In this document: positions 1-8,971 of the stretch, piece after piece | How positions within the stretch are numbered: the stretch's first letter is position 1 | How the letters are laid out: the number at the start of each line of letters is the position of its first letter | DNA from: a virus | Lineage: Duplodnaviria; Caudoviricetes | Strand: one strand, 5' to 3' | Length of the DNA stretch: 26,740 nt | Virus record (IMG/VR): IMGVR_UViG_3300049844_000278 | Coordinates: 1 to 26,740 of that record | Position numbers and translations under genes: made by a program | The notes under the pieces: model-generated | Seen by the model: the letters and a program-made list of their open reading frames with translations, nothing else | Databases searched by the model: none | What the model was told of the DNA's origin: nothing

Positions 1-1
1 T

Positions 2-3000
2 GTTTGTGATGATGTGTCTAACCAGTGCTTTAATGTACGCGTAATCCCGGTCTATACCTTCGTTCCCAAAGTCGGTATTTGAAACATATTCGAATCCGGC
101 CTTTGCCCCGTAGCGTTTGGCCAGTTTTGTGAATTCACTGACCAGTACCTTATCGTAATGGGTCCGCATTCCATCCCGGGATTCACCCTCCAATACATAA
201 TCTTCAATGGCGACGGGGAACGGCTGATACTCAATGTTCGCGATGGGCGTGCCTTGCTCGAGCCGGTTCAGCAGCGATGTCAGCGCTAAAACCGTGCGTT
301 GCTCCGGTTCGTTGTTTTTGATATAGCCACGGATGTAAAGCGCCAGTAAGGTGTAATCGCCAGTTAAGGCCCCACCCATATCAAAGAGGTCGATGGTGTC
401 GTTGTGGTTATGGAATCGCAATCCCTCGATGGCCTCGTAATTGTAATCCAATACGTAATAGTGGGTAAAAAACCCGGCCCGACCGCCTCCCGATTTTTGC
501 ATGCCATCCAAAGCGTTCCCGGTGTCTATTCCGTTGAACATTGACAGTTCGATATCGTACACGCCAAGCTGTTCATCGGTTTCGGCCACGTGGATATACG
601 CTTCGCCCTTAACGCTTGGGTTGCTTATCGTGCGGTACCGGTAAATATTCATCAGCCCGGACGCCACCATCAGCTTTTTGCTGTTCGCCTTGACCGCTTC
701 TTTGAGGGCCAGCATCGGAACTATGTTTTTCCACCCGTCATACGCATAAACGTTGCGCGGGATGGCCCCGTACTTATAGTTCATGGATTGTCCGTGTACG
801 ACCATTAAACGGCCGAATAGGCTGGATATTTTATCGTAATACGGTTCTAATCCGCTGTATGTGCCGGTGGCAATGAAGTGTCCGTTTGCCACCATCATCA
901 TGCTTTGCAGCTGCAAGTATGAGTTCGTGGAATTATCAATAAGCCTTGTTTTGAAATAGCTGTTGGTTCCAAAGGCCCCAGCCGCATACCATATGGGCTG
1001 CATTATCTTAAAGGCGTGCTGCATGCTGACCCCACGGTTCAGTTCCGGGTCGTAATTGATGATGACGCTCAGCGCCCCACGGCCCCAATATTCCGATTTA
1101 TCGTCCATCCGGTAGCCTATGCCAAGGACCATGTACCCATTAAAGGCCATCTTGATATCGATGTTGGTTATCGCAATACTACCTTCAACTGGGACTATAT
1201 TCTCCACGCCGTGCTTGATTTGATATTCATAGTACGGGTTTAGGGCGTGTGTGAACTTCTTCTTTGGTACCGGCAGCGTTTCAAGGTAGGCAATGAGTGG
1301 AACCTCATTATCGCGGTTGAACATCGAGCGCTGGGTTGTAGAGGTTAAGTGGGCTCCTTTTTCATCGACGCTTAAGTGCCTCGGCTCGATTCTCGTCAAG
1401 TCCAAGCGCCGTGCGTAATTCCTGTCCGCTCGCACGTTATTGGCTTCGTAGTTTGCCCGGTCACCGCCGAAGTAAGCGAATTCCTCCGCACCATCAGCAC
1501 TGGTCCCGTATCCGACCCCGACCGTCAGTTTGGTACCAAACCCAAATAGTTTATCCATAAAGGTTTCGAGCGATTCAGCCTTAAATAAAGCTAATTTGCC
1601 ATCTTCGCTTTCGTATTCCATCTTCGCATACTCCATGCGTTTCGCAAGGGTCAGCTTATCCGTCGGGTCATACCGGTAATTGTTCCGGTATCCTTTCCTG
1701 TTATAATGACGGCCTTGTACCAATTGGCCGAGCTCATATTCAACATCAGCCATATGCATCATCCCGTCAAAACCTATAATGGTTTTCATTCCACCGCCGA
1801 TGTCGGCCAGGACAATGGCGTTGCCTTTGTGCGTTCCAAAAGTTTCGTCGACCTCGCCAACGGGGGTTGTATTCCCAAGGATGGTTTCATAGATTGATTC
1901 AATCCCGTCTTCGATGGTTTTAAGGCTGTTCAGCTTTTGCAGCGGATTGGACGTATCGTAACCGATTCTGACATTGTTTCTATCGGTGCGCGTGGCAGCC
2001 TGATAGGGGTCGGATTGGGCTTCCTCAAGCATTAGGACATCATTCCCATCGGCATCCAGGACCTTGGTAAACCGTTCATGGAGGACCGTGTGATTGGTAA
2101 AATGCGTATCCGAGAACTCGGCAATACCGGGGTGCTTGGCTTCAAGCGTCATAATCTTAAAATCGCGTTTCCCGAAGTTGTAATCCTGATAACGGTCGCC
2201 GCCGTTATCGACCCAGGCAACCCACGGGGCTAAAGCGTGGATGGCATCCAGCACGTCTTTTTTCTCAACCATGTCGTCCGGGTTCAGTAAATCCAGGAAC
2301 GGTTTGAGTAACAGCTCGTACTCGGTTTTGCGGACCTGTTTCGCAATGTTTTCTATATCTCTGACCTTGGCCCGGTTCTGCATTTTCTTTTGAATCAGCA
2401 GCTCAAGCTCACTGTAAAAACCTGGGTGTTTATTTTCATCCAGTAGGTTTTCATCCATTTGGAACAGGTCGAAACGGTTGTTTTTAACGCTTTCAACCAG
2501 TTCATCGGTCAATTCCAGGGTGGCGTATCTGCCAACGCCGCCGTTGGCCACATTACTCGCGTTTACAAAGTCGTCGAATATCGGCTGGCTGCTCTCCAGG
2601 ACCCGGTTGGCGCCTAAGCCGTACTGGTTTGCGGATAACTTGCGGATAGCGTTAAACAGCGCTTTAGCATCAAGAACCGCATCCTTGACGAGGTCGTTAT
2701 CGCCAAACAGGTTCACAACCCCATCGAGATAGGGTTCGATGGCATTTTCGGTTTCCTTGAAGTCGATTGTTAGATTATCAGCTGGGAAGTACCCAAACAG
2801 TTTTGTTGGGCTGTATGGCACGATGCCCTGGTTGATGTAGTAAAGGGTACGTCCTAACAGGTTGGTCACGCCGTTAAGCGTGGTTTTTGCCAAAACCGCA
2901 GCTTCCGTAGGTGTCCTTGGGTTGTTAAGATATGTTCCGACGGTTACATCCCGAATATCGGAGAGGCTTATCGGCGCCCCGGGTTCAATGTCTGCTGACA

Positions 3001-6000
3001 GCCGGTTTGCGCTCATGATTTCCATTTCACGGTATTTTTCAAGCGTTTGCTGGTAAAGTTCCTCGCGTTCCGCGATAAAATCGGGGTCGGTTATTTCCGC
3101 GCCTGAATCCACAAGATTTTGATACAGCTCAGGGTCCATGCCTAAATTGTCGGCGGCATAATAGCCAGCCAGGCTCATATACAGGGTTTTGGCATCCATA
3201 TCCTTGAACTGAAGTAGGAAGTTGTAGAGATTTTCGGCCCCCGCCGCTAACCATTTGACCGCGTTGTAATCGGTTTCAAAAATCTTTTTGGCTTCTTCGG
3301 CATCATAAATGTATTGGCTTGACCCGACGTACATCTTGGATACCTTGCCATTATATTTCTTGGCCAGTTTTGCCAATACCTTGACGGCATCGATGTCATA
3401 GGCTTGACGCATGCCTTTATAAACCCTGACGGCCGGTTTGAGCGTGTTATAAAATTGGTAGCTGATGGGGGTCGTGTAGGCTTCCAACCCGGTTTTAACG
3501 CCGGACATATCGCGGTTCTTGACAATCCCGATGGCTGCCTTGGCAAACTTACGCAAGTCATTATCGCTGATGTTGTTGGCGGTAATGAAATTATATTCGG
3601 GTACATTGCCACTTTCGGTTTCAGCCTCTTTTTTAATGGTTTCGACGAAAGCCTCAACGGATGCCGGGTCGTCGTTGGTGGGCGCCGCAAAGAAACGCCC
3701 GCCATTGAACGCCTGCCGTCCGCCCGCGCTTTGACCAACCATTAAATCCTTTATCGTTATATAAAGGTTGGCCGTCTTGCCATCACGTGTATCACCTTTG
3801 ATAATCGGTTTAGCTGTTAACTCAATCCCATAACTAAGCGCCTTGCCACCCCAATGACCCGCTTGGGCCGACCCGGTATCAATTGCCACATAGCGGTAAC
3901 CTCTTTTAATCGCATAGTCAATCGCGTATTTGGTGGCTAATTCGGACCAGGTATCCACATAAGGCAATTCCATAATCTTGTCCTGGTCTTTGTACGCATC
4001 GCGGCTAAGGGCATCTTTTTGTTCCAGGTGTTTCTTGATGTAATCGGCAAGAACATATTTGCTGAGCTTATCATAATAATCGGCGACCACATCCGTATCC
4101 AAGCCTAAAGCCTTGCTTACGCCTGCTACATAAACGGGTTTATACTCGCCAATCAATCTCTCGGCTCGCGCCTGGTCGAAAGACCCCCATGCCCGCATCC
4201 CGGTATTATGATGGAATTCGCTATTAAGCCACGTTTCAAACGACGTATATTCGGCAGGCTTGAACAGTGGATATACCAGTTTGCCATAATCCTTGGATAA
4301 AACCTTGGCATGGAACACGCCATCGCGCAGCTTGACCGCGATAATGCTGAACGTATCGCTGAGTGTTGTGGTTTTTACGATATCTTGACCAGTCTCGGCG
4401 CTGTGTTGCGTAAAATTGATGCTGGCCGTGATGGTGAATTCGAAACGCCGTGTCGTGTAAAGCTGGCCGTTTTCATACGCAACTTTAGCTAAATTGGTCG
4501 GTGGACCGTAGTCATCCTGGGCAGACATCTCAACGGTCACGCGGTTCACGCCTGTAACCATGGTTGTTTTGCCCGTATCTGTCTTGGCCATGCTCCGGAT
4601 GGCTAATTCGACGCCGGCTAAATCGTACTTGTAATTGCTTGGGTAGGTATAATTGGCCCTATACAGCTCCCCGGCATTAAGCCGTAAATAGGCGAAGTCC
4701 CACGGCCTGCGTTCAATCCCCAATGTATCGGTTATGAACTCGAACGCGCTCTTGGCACCGGTCCAACCTTTTAGGCGGGTCTGCGCCCCCAACGCAATTA
4801 AACCAATGCTTACTTCCCGCTTACGCCCATCGTCCGGTGTGTAAGGGTCCAGGTTCCCGTAGGCTTCATTGACCACCATCATCGCATAATCGTCATCGAT
4901 GTTTGAAAGCTGTTTGCCGGCAAGTTTGGAGACGGCTTTAGCCGTTTTAACGTAGGCGGCCTTGGCGGCCTTGGCGTCTATGAATTCAGGTCTGACGAAA
5001 GCGGTTTTGTAATCGTAAATGGTGTACATATCTTCCAGTTTGAGGTCGGCTTCAAGTTTCCGCCTTTGCTGGAGGATATCCGATTGCAGTTCATTGATAA
5101 ACAGCACCGGTTCGTACTTCCCGTCGATAAGGGTTTGGCCTTCACCAACCCGGATATGGGCCAGGATATTATTGATATTGCCCCAATGGGTTCTAGTCGC
5201 GCTGTTGCGGAAGTATTTGGGCAATAGGACGGATTCCAGTTTTATCAGCAGCTCGCTATACTTCTGCCCGGCAAAGGAGTAACGTCTCCATTTCGGCTTG
5301 GTGACCTCGTTCACTGTAATCCTTGGGGCCAACCTGGCCATGCCATCGAACAGCTCATCTTTGGTAATCTTATCGGTGTCGTCCAGTTTGTTGAGGATAT
5401 ATTCAAGCCCAGTCCAGCGGTATTCCTCTTTCTTAAGGTTCTTTTGCAGAATCGCCCGGATATCCTTAACCTGGATTTTATCTTTGACATACTGGTTGAT
5501 GACCCGGACCGCCGCAAAGGTAAAGTTGCCCTTGGTCAGCGTATCCTCGGGCTTTTGGAAGCGCGGGTCGATTTCATCAATCCTAAAGCGCAGCTGCACC
5601 GGTTTATTGGTCAGCGCGTCGAAGTATTCATCGTGTCCCTCTTCCAATAACAGGGAGGTGTAATAAGCTGTTTCCTTGCTCATACGGGCGTTGATGGTCA
5701 TGGTCGTATAGATTTTGCCGTCCCTGAAAACATCGCGGTAGGCCACCATCGGGGGTATCTTGAACCCGCCGAAGTCAAGCCTTTTAAGTTTGCTCATAAC
5801 CGGGTATAAGGCCATCAATCCGTCCGCCGAAAGCTTACGGGCATTCGGGTCGGCCTTGTCAAACGCGATACCGTCGTTTAGGAGCGCTTTTTCGCTTTCC
5901 GTGAATACATCACTATACACGCCTAAAATGCTTGCGTAGGGCAGGCTGTAACGTTCCTGGTTGATTTCTGTCTTGGTCAGCTCGCGACCTTCGCTGCTGA

Positions 6001-8962
6001 TAAGGACCGGGTCCCCGGATTCCTGGTTCTTGGCGGTCAGCTCATCAACCTTTTCAGGCGTGAATATCTTGACCGCATTGGCCTTGGCAATCTTTTCCTG
6101 GAGGGTTAAAGGGGTATAGACTTCGGTTCCGCTCTTGGTGGTTGTGGAGACTAGGTCACGTTTGAACTGTTCCTCATCCAACTGTTTGGCACTTACCCGT
6201 TCATTTAAGGTCCGCATCGATGTCAGGGCTGCACTACCGAATTGATAATCGCTTAAAGCCCGTCCCATGCTCTTGCCGACGACCGTATCGGCCAGCCCAC
6301 CTTGGTGGAAGATGTCGAACAGCTTATCGCCGAAGTTGCGTCCGTCATACACTTGCGGCAGGACCGAACGCATGAAGTTTGTATTAACGAACAGGTTTTG
6401 CCCAATGAATTCGGCAACCAGTTCCTCAACGATTTCGTCCCGTGGCTTTTTAACCCCGTAAGTTAATCTTTTATACGCAACGGCATAATCCAGGCTGCCT
6501 TTGTAAACCCGAACCCCATCGTACACGGCATACCGGTTGCCGGCTTCGTCGGTTTCCAGTTTAAGCTTGGCGTTTTCCCGGTAAGCGTAAGGGTCAATGG
6601 CGGCGTATTTACCGTTGGCGTATGTATAGCTCGTCTCATAAAACCGTACCAGCCTTTGATAAACCTCCGGCATTTCCATTTTGATAATATGGGTCAGTTC
6701 ATGTCCAATCGTATCAATCTTGGCTATCTTGACGAATTCCTTCGTTTTCGGGTCGACCCGGTATTGGGCGGTGACCAGGGTGTTGACTTTATCCCTCAAA
6801 GTCGTCCCGGTGGCAATCGTGACATTGGCATCCTTGGACATTTCAAGGTATTCTTTGCGGGTCAGCTTAAAGGCATTCTCGGCAGCATCGATACCAATCA
6901 TTTCCCAGCGTTCGACCAGCTTCGTGCCTTCAGGGGCAAAACGTTTATTGACCTTATCTTCGAACTCCTTGATATACTTTTCGTCCAGGTTGTTAATTGT
7001 GCTGTAAACCAGCTGGCCGCTCAGGAATGCGGGGGCTCCCATCATACCGGTCGTCAAAGCGCCTAAAATAAAGGATTGGCCCAATTTGCCGCTGCTGATG
7101 GCGTTCCTTATATCCTGTTTCATGGCTTCGGTAAACTCGTGGCGGTTCTCTTCGGTCAGTTCGGTAGCCCCAACGTTATAAACTAGGATTTGATTCAAGG
7201 CATCCTCGAATAAGGCTGCGACCACTTCTTCGCCGCCTTCCTCAAAGGCCAATTTCAAGCCGTGGATAGAGGCTTTAGCCAACCCGTTTTCGGCAAGTTC
7301 GGCCGTTAATCCTTTGGCGAAAGCGGCTAAAGTTACACCGCTCTTACCCATCGCAATCCCACCAATCTTAAGGTTGATTAATTCCGTTCCGACCTCAAGC
7401 GCGGCTAATAAAGTCGCGTGCGTTGAAGCGGTTTCCGGGTCGTACCCAGCTTGGATATCGTCGTTGTAGGTGGTCGCGTAAACCTGGGCGCCCATTGGGG
7501 CTAAACCGGCTGCCGTTGAAACGATTTTAGTGGTTAGGGCTGTTGCGGTCGTCCCGAACGCCAGGCCATATTGGAATACAAGGCCGGCAAGCAGGGTTGG
7601 CACCATGTACCCAACCGACCCGGCCGCCCCGATAATCATTTCGCTGATGCCGTCCATTGTGTACATTTCGTATTTATCGGTGTAGTTTTGGGCGCTGGTT
7701 TGACGTTCCTCGTAGGATTCAACCATCATGGCTGATGTTTGGGCTAAATGCCACGCCACTTCCGGCATGCGGTCCAATATTTCGGAACGCCTAAGTTCGG
7801 TTTGGTTCTCAACGTTACTGACAATCGCTTCCCAAAAACTGTTTTCCATTCCTGCGATATGAGCGTTTATATCGAAAGCTTCGCCCATTCTCAAAAACAT
7901 GACATCAAGCGATTGATAGACGGTGTCCATAACACCGCGCTGTTTAAGTTCCCCGATGAATTGTGGGTCGAACGTACCGCTATCCACTAAAGGTATATTA
8001 TAGGTTGTGTACTCAATCCCTTTGCCCTCGAGCGCTTTAGCTAACAGGTCGGTATAACCCTCACCGCGCTGCATACGCTCGTAAACCTGGGCTACCAGCT
8101 CATCGTTATCCTGCAAGGCATCAATGTCTTCCTGGCGGTATAGCGTATCGGTCTTTTTACCCAATTCACGGAAGATTTCATCGGCTTCCGTATCGGTAAT
8201 CTTACCGGCTTCGATGGCTTCCTGCAATTTGGCGGCAGCGGCTTTTTCCTGGTAGGTCAGGCCGGCATGCTGTTCGAGCCATTGGTCGCGGGTTTCGTCC
8301 CCCATATATTGCGCTTGTTCAAAGATTTTACCTTTAGCATCATCGCGCAGGTACTCGGCTTTCTTCTTATCTTCCTTGAGGTAAGTGGGATAATCCTTGG
8401 CTTTGACCTGACCGAAGCTTGAATTGAAGTCGTAAGGGTTACGTTTCTTGTATTCCTCGTAATCTGCGGCATCCTCATCGGTGCCTAAGACGTACTTAAA
8501 GGCCCCGGTTTTGACTTCGGCGCCTTCGGTCTTTTTGGTATTGTAGGATTCCTCGTAAACACGGTTGACCTCGGCCTTGGTGTCTTCGATGGCTTTCTGT
8601 GTAACGGTGTAACCGGAGGCGACCCCGCCGGTGGATTCCAAAACGGTTTCGCGCGATTTCTTCGCTGGTATGCCCTTGCCGGGTGATTTCAATGGGTCGG
8701 GTTTAGCGGTGTCTTGCAAGGTAGGTGCGGCTTCCCTTACTTCCTTGGTGATTGGACCAGGTTTCTGACGGTCGGTAACGATGTTGGTGGTCGTTACAAC
8801 CGGTACCTGTTTGGTGGGTACCTTTTTGACGGTCGGTTTTAGCGGTTCAATCTTGGGGGCGGTCTTCGTAGTGCTGATGGCCGGAGCTATGGTGGCGGGT
8901 TTCTTGACTACCGCCTTCTCATATTCCTTGAGCTTCTCAGGGTCATCTACCTTGTATTTCAT
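2..8962 (-). CDS. Giant (>2987 aa) virion-associated large polyvalent / ejection protein, 3'-truncated by the window edge
   Basis: Manual translation from ATG 8962 (MKYKVDDPEKLKEYEK...; AGGT SD-like site overlapping the upstream stop) finds no in-frame stop down to base 2. It has a K/P/T-rich N-terminus, Gly/Ala hydrophobic segments with an EEGGEEVV motif (~7000-7640), HELTH (6689-6703) plus EELVAEF zincin motifs, and two copies of a H(W/F)...H.R...E.QSD...W...GM...YD domain. It lies after the tail genes, where podovirus ejection proteins usually sit. Confidence 0.9.
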   Translation of the reverse strand, partial: MKYKVDDPEKLKEYEKAVVKKPATIAPAISTTKTAPKIEPLKPTVKKVPTKQVPVVTTTNIVTDRQKPGPITKEVREAAPTLQDTAKPDPLKSPGKGIPAKKSRETVLESTGGVASGYTVTQKAIEDTKAEVNRVYEESYNTKKTEGAEVKTGAFKYVLGTDEDAADYEEYKKRNPYDFNSSFGQVKAKDYPTYLKEDKKKAEYLRDDAKGKIFEQAQYMGDETRDQWLEQHAGLTYQEKAAAAKLQEAIEAGKITDTEADEIFRELGKKTDTLYRQEDIDALQDNDELVAQVYERMQRGEGYTDLLAKALEGKGIEYTTYNIPLVDSGTFDPQFIGELKQRGVMDTVYQSLDVMFLRMGEAFDINAHIAGMENSFWEAIVSNVENQTELRRSEILDRMPEVAWHLAQTSAMMVESYEERQTSAQNYTDKYEMYTMDGISEMIIGAAGSVGYMVPTLLAGLVFQYGLAFGTTATALTTKIVSTAAGLAPMGAQVYATTYNDDIQAGYDPETASTHATLLAALEVGTELINLKIGGIAMGKSGVTLAAFAKGLTAELAENGLAKASIHGLKLAFEEGGEEVVAALFEDALNQILVYNVGATELTEENRHEFTEAMKQDIRNAISSGKLGQSFILGALTTGMMGAPAFLSGQLVYSTINNLDEKYIKEFEDKVNKRFAPEGTKLVERWEMIGIDAAENAFKLTRKEYLEMSKDANVTIATGTTLRDKVNTLVTAQYRVDPKTKEFVKIAKIDTIGHELTHIIKMEMPEVYQRLVRFYETSYTYANGKYAAIDPYAYRENAKLKLETDEAGNRYAVYDGVRVYKGSLDYAVAYKRLTYGVKKPRDEIVEELVAEFIGQNLFVNTNFMRSVLPQVYDGRNFGDKLFDIFHQGGLADTVVGKSMGRALSDYQFGSAALTSMRTLNERVSAKQLDEEQFKRDLVSTTTKSGTEVYTPLTLQEKIAKANAVKIFTPEKVDELTAKNQESGDPVLISSEGRELTKTEINQERYSLPYASILGVYSDVFTESEKALLNDGIAFDKADPNARKLSADGLMALYPVMSKLKRLDFGGFKIPPMVAYRDVFRDGKIYTTMTINARMSKETAYYTSLLLEEGHDEYFDALTNKPVQLRFRIDEIDPRFQKPEDTLTKGNFTFAAVRVINQYVKDKIQVKDIRAILQKNLKKEEYRWTGLEYILNKLDDTDKITKDELFDGMARLAPRITVNEVTKPKWRRYSFAGQKYSELLIKLESVLLPKYFRNSATRTHWGNINNILAHIRVGEGQTLIDGKYEPVLFINELQSDILQQRRKLEADLKLEDMYTIYDYKTAFVRPEFIDAKAAKAAYVKTAKAVSKLAGKQLSNIDDDYAMMVVNEAYGNLDPYTPDDGRKREVSIGLIALGAQTRLKGWTGAKSAFEFITDTLGIERRPWDFAYLRLNAGELYRANYTYPSNYKYDLAGVELAIRSMAKTDTGKTTMVTGVNRVTVEMSAQDDYGPPTNLAKVAYENGQLYTTRRFEFTITASINFTQHSAETGQDIVKTTTLSDTFSIIAVKLRDGVFHAKVLSKDYGKLVYPLFKPAEYTSFETWLNSEFHHNTGMRAWGSFDQARAERLIGEYKPVYVAGVSKALGLDTDVVADYYDKLSKYVLADYIKKHLEQKDALSRDAYKDQDKIMELPYVDTWSELATKYAIDYAIKRGYRYVAIDTGSAQAGHWGGKALSYGIELTAKPIIKGDTRDGKTANLYITIKDLMVGQSAGGRQAFNGGRFFAAPTNDDPASVEAFVETIKKEAETESGNVPEYNFITANNISDNDLRKFAKAAIGIVKNRDMSGVKTGLEAYTTPISYQFYNTLKPAVRVYKGMRQAYDIDAVKVLAKLAKKYNGKVSKMYVGSSQYIYDAEEAKKIFETDYNAVKWLAAGAENLYNFLLQFKDMDAKTLYMSLAGYYAADNLGMDPELYQNLVDSGAEITDPDFIAEREELYQQTLEKYREMEIMSANRLSADIEPGAPISLSDIRDVTVGTYLNNPRTPTEAAVLAKTTLNGVTNLLGRTLYYINQGIVPYSPTKLFGYFPADNLTIDFKETENAIEPYLDGVVNLFGDNDLVKDAVLDAKALFNAIRKLSANQYGLGANRVLESSQPIFDDFVNASNVANGGVGRYATLELTDELVESVKNNRFDLFQMDENLLDENKHPGFYSELELLIQKKMQNRAKVRDIENIAKQVRKTEYELLLKPFLDLLNPDDMVEKKDVLDAIHALAPWVAWVDNGGDRYQDYNFGKRDFKIMTLEAKHPGIAEFSDTHFTNHTVLHERFTKVLDADGNDVLMLEEAQSDPYQAATRTDRNNVRIGYDTSNPLQKLNSLKTIEDGIESIYETILGNTTPVGEVDETFGTHKGNAIVLADIGGGMKTIIGFDGMMHMADVEYELGQLVQGRHYNRKGYRNNYRYDPTDKLTLAKRMEYAKMEYESEDGKLALFKAESLETFMDKLFGFGTKLTVGVGYGTSADGAEEFAYFGGDRANYEANNVRADRNYARRLDLTRIEPRHLSVDEKGAHLTSTTQRSMFNRDNEVPLIAYLETLPVPKKKFTHALNPYYEYQIKHGVENIVPVEGSIAITNIDIKMAFNGYMVLGIGYRMDDKSEYWGRGALSVIINYDPELNRGVSMQHAFKIMQPIWYAAGAFGTNSYFKTRLIDNSTNSYLQLQSMMMVANGHFIATGTYSGLEPYYDKISSLFGRLMVVHGQSMNYKYGAIPRNVYAYDGWKNIVPMLALKEAVKANSKKLMVASGLMNIYRYRTISNPSVKGEAYIHVAETDEQLGVYDIELSMFNGIDTGNALDGMQKSGGGRAGFFTHYYVLDYNYEAIEGLRFHNHNDTIDLFDMGGALTGDYTLLALYIRGYIKNNEPEQRTVLALTSLLNRLEQGTPIANIEYQPFPVAIEDYVLEGESRDGMRTHYDKVLVSEFTKLAKRYGAKAGFEYVSNTDFGNEGIDRDYAYIKALVRHIITN

Positions 8963-8971
8963 GGTGGGTAC

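Noticed and set aside
52-8478. Short ORFs on both strands listed by the track in this region
   Set aside because: All overlap the giant ORF in other frames or antisense and have no recognisable motifs.
2-8962. Virion RNA polymerase (crAss-like or N4-like) as the identity of the giant protein
   Set aside because: I found no DFDGD/DxDxD catalytic motif or T7/N4-type polymerase motifs in the translated part (FAYFGGD and LDFGGF are only superficially similar). The missing C-terminus cannot be judged.
1-8970. Stop-codon reassignment or pseudogene decay as the cause of the ORF desert
   Set aside because: One minus-strand frame is fully open in the standard code. The caller missed it only because the stop lies outside the window. 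TAA, TAG and TGA all end other genes normally.
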